A stretch of DNA of 64,000 nt from positions 124,001 through 188,000 of the forward strand of contig JADIIX010000010.1 in assembly GCA_027604505.1 (NCBI GenBank), read 5' to 3'. Shown here one piece after another: positions 22,671 through 38,535 of the stretch; positions within the stretch are counted from its first letter, which is position 1, and every line of letters starts with the position of its first letter. The DNA is from Gonapodya sp. JEL0774 (taxonomy: Eukaryota). Position numbers and translations under genes: made by a program. Under the pieces are notes generated by a model. That model was given only the letters and a program-made list of their open reading frames with translations. It had not been told where the DNA came from and did no database searches.

Positions 22671-25442
22671 TTAATAAAATGTCTTGCCAAGGAGTTCTGG
22701 CACGGGATGTTTGGCATAGAAATTGAGAACCTTTTTCACCCTCTCACACATCACCTCAGGCACCAAACCGAAGTGTTTGTACACAGCCTATCGAAACAAC
22801 AAAAGTGGGATTCACGAAACAGAGAGACTAAGGAGACATGGACGTTCGAGCGAGGTGCATCACGATAACTCACCGGGGCAGGAGCGCTGGCGCCAAAGGT
22901 TTCCACTCCGTAGCTTGCATGTGCCCACTTCTGCCAGCCGAAAGTGTGAGCAGCTTCAGCGCTGACGACAGGAATACCTCCACCGAGGACAGAGTTCTGG
23001 TACTCAAGAGGTTGTCTCTCGAAAAGCTCCAGACAGGGCGCGGAGACAACGCGCGACTACGCGGAAGTGCACAGCCGGATTGTAAAAATGAGTAAGGCAT
23101 GTGACGTTGCAACCAGTTATCAAAACGATTTACCTTGACTCCTTCGGTCGCGAGGAGCTTCGCAGTGTCCAGCATCAATGACACTTCCGATCCGGTTCCC
23201 ACCAAAACAACCTGTGCGTCTTTATCCTCTGTCACAATGTAAGCACCATGAGCGACTTTCTCAATACTGGAACCAGCAAGTTGAGGTAGGTTCTGCCGGC
23301 TCAGAGCGAATACCGATGGTCCGTGGGTGTTCTCCAAAGCAGCAACATAGGCTCCAGCAGTCTCGTTCCCATCCGCTGGCCGGAAAGTTAGCAAGTTTGG
23401 AGTAGCGCGGCAGTATGGAATTGCCTCCACTGGCTGATGAGTAGGCCCATCTTCACCCAAACCAATTCTGAGAGGGTTCACATGTTCCAGCAAAATGCGG
23501 TGTGGAATTAAAACAGCACTGCAACGATTTGACCCTTTCACTCACGAGTCATGAGTCATGATGTAGAGCACCTGAAGTTTACTCAGTGCCGAAAGGCGTA
23601 CGGCACCAGCAGCATACATGATGAAATTGAGGAAAGTGGCGCCGAAAGGAATGATACCACCGTATGCGGCAATACCATTGCAGATAGCGGCCATGCCATG
23701 CTCGCGAACACCGAATCGGAAGTAGCGGCCGCTGTAATCACCGAGCTTTGATCCATTCTATTATCCGACCCTGGTTGCTTCAATCCATTTTGACAGAACG
23801 CAAAACAGAATCTGATGCTCACTGGTTGGAACTCTTTCGCCCCTTTCCAGATGGTGTAATTTGAATGTGTCAAATCCGCGGACCCTCCGATGAATTCGGG
23901 AAGAACCAGAGCGATGGCGTTTATAACATTTTCTGAAGTTTTCCGAGTTCCCAACGCTGGACCAGAGGGATCGTACTTTGGAAGAGCGTTCTTCCAGTCT
24001 TTAGGGAGTTCACCCTTCAAACGCCGCTTGAACTCGGCACCCTGAAGTTCAAGCGTATGGATCAATCTCGAAAGAACAGACAACAAAGAATGTTTCTACC
24101 TCAGCTGGGAAAGTCTGAGTATACTTGTCGAGGAGAGCGTTCCATCCCTTCTCAGCAGCGGCACCGGTCTCCGCGATTTTGGCGTAGAACTCGTACACCT
24201 ACATCCCAAGAGCAATTGGCGCTTATTGGATCCTTCTCTATGAACAGCAGCCACTGGATGAAAACTCACGTCTTGGTCAACAGAAAAGAATTTCTCCGGG
24301 TCAAATCCGAACTTTTTCTTGGCCTCGGCAAGGTCAGCGGCAGCGAGGGGTGAACCGTGCACCTTCTCGGTGCCCTGTAGTTTCGAGCCAAACCCAATCG
24401 TAGTCCTGTCATAGTTCACAAAAAACTTAAGAAACATAGAGAAGAGAATGCCTCGGAAATCTTTCACACCTGACGCGGATGAGGCTGGGTTTATTCTTGA
24501 TAGCAACTGCTGCCTCGATGGCTTTGGCAAGACCCTCAAAGTCATTGTCTCCGTCAGCGACGACATCAGTATGCCAGCCGTATGACTCGAAGCGCTTGTT
24601 AACATCTTCCGTGAAGGCAAGCTCGGTGGAACCTTGAAATATGAAACGATTGTGCTTGAGGAAACAGTGAACCGCACAACCCATGATAATCACTTACCAT
24701 CAATTTGAATTTTGTTGTCATCGTACAGGACAATGAGGTTGCCGAGCTCAAGATGACCCGCAAGGGAAGCAGCTTCGCTTGCAACTCCCTCCTGAAGGCA
24801 GCCGTCACCGGCAATACAGAAAACCTTGTTGTCGACTATTGGAAAGTCGGGCTTGTTGAAGACGGCACCCATGTGCCGTTCGGCAGCAGCAAGCCCGACC
24901 GCGTTACTGATGCCCTGTCCGAGTGGTCCAGTAGTAACTTCGATGCCGTCGGTGTGGTGAACTTCAGGGTGGCCAGGAGTCCTGGTGGGAAAGTATGAAA
25001 CAAAATGCTCAGTCTGTAATTCCATATGCCAAGCCTATGCCTTTGATGTACTTACAAGCTGCCAAACTGGCGGAAGGCTTTAAGGTCGTCCATACTCAGT
25101 TTGTATCCCATCAAATGCAGCATGACGTACTGAAGGGCACAACCATGTCCATTGGAGAGCACAAACCGGTCTCTGTTGTACTATAAGCCACGAGAAGTTC
25201 ACTCAGTGACATAATATTCGAACGTACACGTGCTCTCAACCTGTGGAAGATCATCGACTCACCCAGTGAGAGTTCTTGGGGTTTCCACGGATGAATCTCG
25301 AGAAGAGGACGTGAGCCATAGGTGCGCAGCCCATCGGTGCCCCAGGGTGGCCCGAATTCGCCTTTTGGACTGTGTCAGCGGCTAGTACACGAATAGTGTT
25401 GATGGCTTTGCGGTCAATCTCGGTGAATGGAGCGACAGTCAT
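22671..25442 (-). CDS. TKL1: Transketolase
   Basis: [68 protein letters not shown]; last exon ends ELLGKTFY*. Confidence 0.97.
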
Positions 25443-26357
25443 TGTAAAGGACGATGTGTGCAATGATGTGATAGAGCTGTGACGAAACAAATGGGTTAAG
25501 TGGTCAATGAATTGGTCCAAAAATGATTCCTCCGTGGTCCGAGTCCGACTGACGAGAGATGGAGAGCGGTACGCTGTACCAATAAATGATTTTTAAGCAC
25601 CAAACGACTCACGCTTGGGAGTTTACACGTGAATGGTGCTTAACACAAATCGATTCGGGCTTGTGAAGACGAGAAGCAGAACTTGAAAAGAAGGCGAAAT
25701 TTCGAACAAGAAGCTGTAACGGCAGGCGCAAAAGAATGAAGAATCCTATTGCGATGCGGTGATGCAAGTCTGGAAAATACGGAGAAAGGCTCTCGAATTC
25801 GAATTGGATTCGGGAATGAGTGGTCTAGTCGGACCTTCGCCACATTACGGGAAGTTTTGCCATGAGTGCAAATCAAATCATTCTCAATGCACGTATTGCT
25901 CATTCATTTGCCAGACTTGAGAACCACCGCTGGAGAATTGTTCCCCTACGCAATAGAAAGAAGTGGTCGATGTACGGATTAAACAAGCCATTGCATAATG
26001 GTAATGTGAAAGTAGTCCAAATGAGATAAGATTCTGCACACCGAAACATCTGCCAAACCAGACGAGTGCTTGCCCATCTCTCTTAGACTACTATTGAATG
26101 TACTTGAACTCATGCACTACTTATGCGCTCGTAGTGGTCAAAGTTTTGATCTTCTGAGGGGACTCAGATCACTCTCAAATATGATGTTTATGGTCCACAC
26201 ACTCTTTCTTGAACTATACCCCCATACTAATGGGGCACAAAAAATTAAGTGGGTTGGTGCTGACCACAGCCTGAGTGATCTTGCCGAAGGTGGCCTGTTC
26301 ACATGTGGCCTGTCGTACAGTTTAATAAATTGCAACTGGGTTGCCATCAATTTACCA

Positions 26358-29300
26358 ATGGCGTACGCCAAATCATGGCTTAGTGCACAGGAATCTTTCA
26401 TTAAAAGAGAAGCGTTCGGCGCCAGAGAGCGAGATCGGGAGAATCAATTGAGAACTGACTTTGCTCAGGGTGTTGACAAAGACCAGTACGAGAATCTCCT
26501 CAATGTTTTCGATGAATCAATTTCGGAAGCATGGAAGTATGCAAAGAGATTCGAGGAAGACTCCAAGGTTCGCTCAGATTCTTACGGGGTTGGTCGAGCA
26601 GGCGACTCTCGCGAACTTATCTGCATGCTCTCACCTTCATTACGGCAAAAGGTTCCGGTTCTTTTCCCTCTTAAATGGCCCCCACCTGCCTCTTCACCGG
26701 CGGTGGTTTCACGCGATGAGTTCAACACTAACTGGCGCACATTCACCGAGGTGAGCGACTTTTTGACGCTGAAACAGCCAGCATTGTTTTTTTCACTCGG
26801 TGTCTAGGGATCTCTCCAATATCTTGACTGGTCGAACATATTTGCTGCCGGCGGTGCCGTGCAAGCGTGTGTGAGTTCTGGTGTCGCCGAATTGAAAGAG
26901 GTTTCCGGGATGCGCGAATCCGACATTTTGCCGCAACATCTACTCAACAGCTCTCCCCTCTTCCCCCCCACGTTCAACCTTCTATCGCGGGTCGACGTGA
27001 CTACTTGAGAACGGCCTTTCCGGCAGCGGATATCGATCTGTTCATTTGGGGCCTGACGGAAGACGCCGCAAAGAAGAAGATGGAGGAAATCTACCAGGTT
27101 GGTCACATTGTGCCTTTTCAAACTCGCTCAAGTTCAATGCATTTTGGCTTCTACTCCTCGAACGGGACCCTTTTTCTGGGTAAAGGCAATCGCCTCCACC
27201 GTTCCTTTTGACATCGTCGCCATCCGTTCGTCTCACGCTGTGTCAATTGTATCACAATTCCCCTTCCGGCACATTCAAGTGAGGAGTTGACTCTTTTTGC
27301 TTGATTATGGATATACGCGCTGACAATCCCAAACGGACGCTCATACTTAGCTCATTCTTCGCCTTTACAGTTCTCCCTCTGAAATCCTGGCCGGCTTCGA
27401 TGTCGATTCTTGTTCAGTTGGCTTCGATGGGACCGATGTATGGTCCACCCCGAGAGCACACCTTGCAACAGTCTTGAGGCGAAATTACGTTGATATGTCC
27501 AGGCGGAGCCCGAGCTACGAAGTCAGACTTGCGAAGTACGCCCAGAGAGGATTCGAAGTAGTTGCTGAGGGGTTGAAAAGATCACGAATAGGTCCGGATT
27601 GTTTGTTTTTACGCGCTGCTAGAGGAGTTTTGGCTTTTGACACCAAATGGGACCAGACCCACAGTTGTTTGAACGACCTTTCGAAAAGGTTCAAGGACTT
27701 GCCCGCCTTCTGTTGCTTGAATCTTTTCCAACTCCGGCAGATCGCATGACATACAAGGAAAAGGTAAGGGAACACAAGCTAAGACCTCCACACGAGCGTG
27801 CAGGAGAGTATCGGAGACGAGCGAGAGGGAGTGATCTTACAGGTAATGGAGTGGACTCCAACGATTACTCGAGCGTGTTTATGCCGTACGGTGGGTGATC
27901 ATGTCATCAGAGGTACGACTCATGATGAGATTATGTTTTGATTCTCGTGGATCTCCCTTTAATATATTTCAGGGGAGGGGTGGACAGCCAGTCGTATCGT
28001 CCGCAAAGCTCAGCAAAAGGATTACGTCTTGAACTCTCCGTACACGCGCAAGTTTCTTCGCTCCACAACGCACCATCAACATCCGTGTTTCTGGGGGAGC
28101 ATGACCGATGTGTGTTTTCAATATGGAGTCTTACTGACATTCATGAGCACAAGGCACCTCATTTCTACCATTTATTCAGATCCTTGGCGACCTTTGCGGA
28201 CAATGTCCTGCATTTCCATCCGACCGCGACGCAAAAGAGGATGATCTCTTTGTCCACGGATCCTTATCCTTTATCACGCATAACCCTGGCCGCCAGCAAA
28301 TTGGTTCTTTCAATCCCATCACTGAAGGGGACTGGACAGCCGGTGCTTACATCATGGAGGATGTTGAGGGATTGTTCACGGCGATTGCTGCATGTGACGT
28401 CGCGAAAGTGAAGCTCATCGTATCTCAAGGTGTCGACGTAAACGCGAGAGATTATGTGGGAAGGTCGCCTATCCATTTGACTATCTTGTGCGATGCAACG
28501 GAGATCCTGGAGGTGTTATTGGAAGCCGGCGCCAAAATATCGGTGGCTATTCCAGACGGAAGAAGCACTCTACACTTGTGTGCAGAATATGGTCGACTTG
28601 AAGCAGCGAAGGTGAGCTGAGTGCTTGACCTCCGCTGTGTGTGGTCTCCATTGTGGCGCTAATCGTGAACCATCGGCAGCTCATTCTGCGTAGAAATCAA
28701 AGAAATCTGGAACTTAAAACCGCCCGCGAATCTGCGGCTGTCAAGCGCATGGTGCCTGATGAAGAGCAGAGACTTGCGGATGTTGATGAGTCTAACACCA
28801 ACACCAACTCCGATTACGACATCGTATCTAGGAGCGAAGAGAGTTTTGTTGAGTAAGTTCATGGCACGAGGGCGGTGATGTTTTCTTTGCTAGCTTTGAT
28901 GTAGATGAATTAACTCATTTATTTGAAATCGACGATAAGTGTTTCACTTGAAATTAACAACAATAGGATCGATGAACCTTTCAATCCATTCCAAAAAGCA
29001 CCAACGGAACTCGTCGATGCCGTGGATCCATCCTCTGACGACATCATAGATTTGGACTTTGAGGATTGGGATATGAAAGTCTGTGATTGTACCATTTTCC
29101 CTTATCCCGCCGATATATCCAACGCAGTCCGCATCTACAGATGACTGCACTGCAGTGTGCCATCTTTTACGGAGAACTGGAACTTGTCAAAATCTTGATT
29201 GGCGCCGGTGCTTCAAAGAACAGAATGATGCCAATCGAGTATCTTTTGAATGGATGGCAAAAGAAGAAGTGAGTATGAATGAAAGGTTGGTCACACTGTT

Positions 29301-32300
29301 GCCCCGTGGACTAAACGTTTCGAAGAGGCGTTCTTTCACCTCTTGTTCTAGCTATGGCGTGTCCGAATAGAGAAGCTGGAAAGAAAGTACTCAGGTATGA
29401 CGGGAATTGTTTTTGGAATCATGTCCAGCGCAGGTGTTCTGATGATCTTTGACAAAGTTTCCTCATCGAAGAGAATGTTCCTGTCAATCAAGTCGACCAT
29501 AACTATGCAACTCCAGTCGCTATTGCCATTCAGCAGGGTCTCACCGAGTTTGTGCGACTACTCCTGGATGAGCATCCACGTACACGACTGTCCCTCAACT
29601 TCCCGATAATAGTGCAGAACGAAGTGGTCACTCCCATGCGCCTTGCAGTGGAAACTGCGGATTTGGAGATCATCAAGTTAGTTCACGATAGGGGTGGCAA
29701 GACCGCCATGGACGAATCTGATGGCAAGCGGGCGATTTCAGTCATGAAAAAGGTAACAATGACCGAGTTTCGGAGGTGTTTTCAATAGTTGTTCACCAAA
29801 GTAATGTTCGGACTGGATATTCAGGGTACAAACCCAACCATCTATTGGCTTCGCGTGAGTGTGGTGTGGCTGGACCCCTGAGAAAGGCTGAAATCAACCG
29901 TGTTACTTGGATCAGTCCGTAGACCCCATCGGGATTGTTAATATGACGCGTCAACCCCTGGAAGTCGCTGTTAGCCAAGCGAATATCCAGATCATTACCT
30001 TTCTATTGGAGTCGGGAGCCAATCCGAACATCCCCGTACGGGGCTCCGATCGATTGCTTCTGGACAACCTAAGACAAACAATCAAAGACACGGAATCCAC
30101 ATTGTCCAAGTACCGCGGCAATCCTGATCCAAATGATTTTATTTCCGATAAGCAGTATTTTTGGCAACTGGCTGAAACAGGAAGTTGGCGAAAGTGGTAT
30201 TTGGGATTGTCACTTGACATGGTAAGCACACCACACTTCACGTCACAAGTAAAAGCAACCTTAGAATTTTTTTTTCAGGAATTCTCCTGGAACCCAAATC
30301 CGCCTAGTGCGCCTTGGGGGATTGAACCCCTCCAGCCTGATAATGATGAAATCGGCAATCTCATCGAGCAAGAAGCAAAAGACGCGAAAACGGAATTGCC
30401 TAAATTTTTGACCCCAGAAGAAGTGCAGAATTGGAACATTGGGATTGTGTCGAAACGCTTAGATCGACTCCGAGCATGCGAACAGATTCTTCAGAGGTTT
30501 GGGGCCAAGGTATGAGATTAACTTTAACCCTCAGGACCACTGAGAGTTACATTGGTAATTCTTTTGAAACTCGCGCAGACTTTCGAAGAAGTAAATCCTA
30601 CGGTCCGCTCGACGCCCAAAAGCGAAGCCATACCCGACACTGCCGTACGAAGAGATCCTATGCGAACCGCTTATGAGTATTACGGTGGTGATGCCAATCA
30701 AACGGTATGGTCACGAACTGCTCTCTGTCTGCAACTTAGAGCTTATCAAACATCATCAATTTCCATTATTGCCATCCACTGCAAAGAAAAAATTTGGATG
30801 GACGACTGCACAGCCCGGCGAAGAAGCGGAACGTTACCACTCTTTATTTGAGGCTTGCTTCAGAGGCCAGTCAGAGCGTATCATGGAGCTGACGTTGCAT
30901 GCGAAACCCGGCCACGACGTTCTTGTTGCCTCTCGCGTGGCGGTTTTAGGTGGCAATCTGACGCCGTTTACAGTTGCTATCTATTTTGGACATCTTGATT
31001 GCTTGAAGGCTTTACTTCTAGCAGCAAATCATCAGTATGTTCCTGAGGAAGAAAAGAAGCAGGCCAAGGAGCTCGGGAAGCTTGCCAAGTTAAGCAACAG
31101 GACGCCTGTGCCAGAGCCAGAAGAGGTAATCACCAAAAGATTCAAATTGTTGTGTTTAGTTACCTCTCTAAGAATATTTCGCATTGTGACACAGCTGTCC
31201 GATGAGGACGACGATTCTGATGGAGAATTTGAAGGAAAGCAGGATGCGAGGTGGGATCCACAAGTGCTGGATCAACCCGAATCTCCGAAGGAACGCCTAA
31301 TATCACCACTGCGGGCGGCCGATCTACTCTTAATGCGCTCAAGACTGCAGGTAATGTTTCGTACGGTTGAAGCTGCCGGCAATCGGGCCATGAACTCATT
31401 TTTCGTTTGTCGTGTGTGCTTGCTTGTGTGATGCAGAACAGAACACTGTTTTCAAATATACTAACTGACGAAGAAATTGTGAGATGCTTTATAAGGCTGA
31501 AGTTTGACTATCTGACATTCCAACCTGTCATTTTAAAAATCTTCCTTTTTTCAGACATTAATGTCTACCAGACTCTATACGGACACAGATGGTTTCGGGA
31601 TTCTTGCAATCAGAGGCTCCGAGGAGATGATGAATGCAGTGGTCGCGCATCTCAAAGAGTTGGATGCTCACCAGATTGTCGGAACTCTTGGAAAACTTGG
31701 GAAGAACGTAATTGGTGGTGATGGATTACAGCCGAAGTACAATCTATGCAGCGAAATATCAAATTCCCCAGGGAATTTAGGATCTCTCTTACAAAAGGAT
31801 TCTCCCGTCTACTGGTCTGTTTTTATCGACATTCACTCATCTGAGGCTAAGAACCTTATATTGTCATTTTTTTCTATCAGGGCGACTTGCGCAGGAAATG
31901 TTGGAGTTCTCCGTTTGCTTATTAGGAATGGGTTGGGGGGGCTAAGCCCAGACGTTCTGCTTACACGTGATCAAAAGCGAAAACTCGAAGAATCACGTAC
32001 TGCCAAAGAGGTTCAAGAAGCGGACGAATCGTCATCCCCTGACGCTATGGCGAACAGGCCCTATCGAAAACTTTTGATCACCCGAGGGGAAAAGAAGCCA
32101 ATCACACATATCGTGGACGGAGAACGGACAGACGACCTTGAGGCTGGTGATAACGATTTTTTTAATTACAATTCACCTCCCAAAGCTGTGGGTTTCTGAT
32201 GCTCGTTCAATTTGTGATTATCTCTCCATCTTCCTTTCTTCCAGTCCCTGGTCCACATTGCTGTACTTCATGGCCGCGAATCGATTCTGGCGTACTTGCT

Positions 32301-33637
32301 CTCCAACGACTTAGTTGATGATATCTCCGAGTTTGTCACTAATTATCCGGATGACCCTCGATCACTTCAGTTCAGAGAGAAGCCGGGCGACAGAGACCTT
32401 TTCATTGACGTCGTAATTAGGGGGTACCCGCATCCGAGACACGGAGATCACACTGTGGTCCATTATGCCGGTAAGAGCACCGACACTCACGGATTGTGTT
32501 TCTTCATTAATTGGAGCTCTTTGGCTAGTCTTCGGAAATCAACCGAGTATGCTCATCACCTATGTCACTTGGTTCTCTAATCGATTCAAGAACGACAAGG
32601 TATTCAGTGTTGGATGAGACACAAGCTTCGAAGCTCATTCGTGTTTCGCCATTGCTCTCGTGTGTCAGGTGTCCGACTTCCTTGAGACCAAGAACCGAGA
32701 AGGAATCACGCCTCTTCATCTTGCTGCTTCTCTTAACTTCTCGGAAATGGTGAAAGTGCTTTTGGATCTTGGAGCGGACTGTTTCAACACCGACTATAAC
32801 AGGGGCTGGAATATTGCTCATTTTGCGAGGTTCGCGTGAATATTACTCGAAAGGCTCATACATAAGGTTGCTCATCCCCGCTTTGATTCTAGCCACCACG
32901 GGAGACTCAGCGTTTTTGTTGTTTTGATGTCAGCTCTCAAGAATGATACGCTGAGGCAACTTGTGAACAGCTCATCTAAGATGTTCCTACACACCCCGTT
33001 AATGATCGCCAGTGCTCAGGGGCACCACCGAGTTGTTAACTTCCTGGCCAGCTTTAATGGAGCGCAAGCGGACCTTCTTTCTCGAACGGCCCTCGATCTT
33101 GCAGTCCAAGCTTCCTCACTTGACTCTGTGAAAGCTCTTCTCGCCGAAAATGGAGCCGATAGCGTTCTCGCTAAGGAGAGCTTGTCTGGATTCACTCCCA
33201 TCGGTACCGCCAGTCACCTGTTGCGGAAAACTCTTCACGATGGTCAACTTACCCAGTTGCTACCAGTCACACAAAAGGTGAAGAGGGACTGGCCTAAGCG
33301 GAAAGGATTGGAGGGCAATAACTCTGAAGTGCTCTCGCTTGAACGAGACATTGTTTCTGTTTACAACGTGGTAGCAGAGGCGAGCGTGACAGCAAGTCCC
33401 CAACCGAGGACAATTGTTCCTCTGAATGATGTTATGCGGGCCATTGAGTCATTCGTTCCAGAAAAAGCACCCTATTACTGGCCAAATGGTTCAGAGGCCC
33501 CTGAGCACACTCTCGACATTCGAGAAAAATATGTTGCGAGGTTCAGGAGGACCACCAGCATTAAGGCTCGTGTTCGGGGTAGCTATTGGGTCTTTGGAAC
33601 CGCCAGCATCACGAGGGATAGTGTGATGAACATATAA
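26358..33637 (+). CDS. Large protein: N-terminal Pol-beta-like nucleotidyltransferase-fold domain plus many ankyrin repeats
   Basis: Spliced N-terminus LDWSNIFAAGGAVQAC...ADIDLFIWGL...RHIQLILRLYSSPSEILAGFDVD...RRSPSYEVRLAKYAQRGF, then ankyrin motifs (GRSPIHLT, GRSTLHLCAEYG, TALQCAIFYG, TPLMIASAQGH). Start approximate. Confidence 0.8.
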
Positions 33638-33997
33638 CGAACCTGAAAGAAAGTTCTGAAGACAGCGACGCTCAGTTTCTGGAGCGTTCATAGTTACCTT
33701 TGAAATTTCGAAGTTTCCTCGTGAAGGGACTTCCTTGCATCACACGGGTACTGAGGAGTAGTGCGCCGCACAATAGAGATGGTTCCGGTCCTAATCTATT
33801 ATGAGTACCTCTCCTTGAGTACCAAGATAACAATTCACTGTTCTAGACATACGAGAGATAGTGTGCAGCATGTTGCAATGTGTGCAAAAATTTTCTAACT
33901 CGCCTCCAGCAACCAACCAACGTGCAGTCTCGTTTTCCCTCAATTACTCTCTTCATACCTCATCGACCCCTCGTCATGTTCTTCAACCAAGTCCGCC

Positions 33998-37992
<3,995 letters not shown>

Positions 37993-38535
37993 TCAACTCT
38001 CTCGTTCAGCTCTCTTCTGCGTATGTTCTTTTATGTTTATCGAATCTGCAAACTCCAATTGCCGTTGTAATTTGTACGGAATTTGGTGTGAAACTCCACA
38101 TCGGCTTCCTCATTCCGACTGTCTTCAAATTCCATTCTTCAACTTGGCGCCCACCCCTTCATCCACTCTCAGCGTCTCAAAAACCCATTTTCTTGCCGCA
38201 CAATGCCGAACTCGGAACACGCCCCATCTCAATCTGAACCCCCCTACTTCCCCGGTTTCTCTTGGGGACCAAGTACGTCTTTCCTGTCTTACCCCATCAT
38301 CTCTTTCCGAATCTGCCAAGCGGATTCTAAGGAAACCCGCAATCGGGCTCATCTCGGTCATTCGGACATCGGATCCTGAACGAGTACTCACCTTCGGGAA
38401 CAAACCCATTCGGAAACGATCTTTCAGTCAACTTTGTTCAATCCCGGAGCCCCACCGGACGGTGAAACCAGGATTGGGTACTGAACAGAAGATATTTGGT
38501 TGCCGGAAATGCCCTTCGTCAATCTTTACCATCAA

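Noticed and set aside
22620..22673. Cryptic PTS1 by stop-codon readthrough of transketolase (also checked for the reductase)
   Set aside because: The stop contexts are not TGA-CTA and the extensions do not end in an SKL-like tripeptide.
25545..25600. CTGACGAG resembling a hammerhead ribozyme core
   Set aside because: No appropriately placed GAAA or flanking stems were found.
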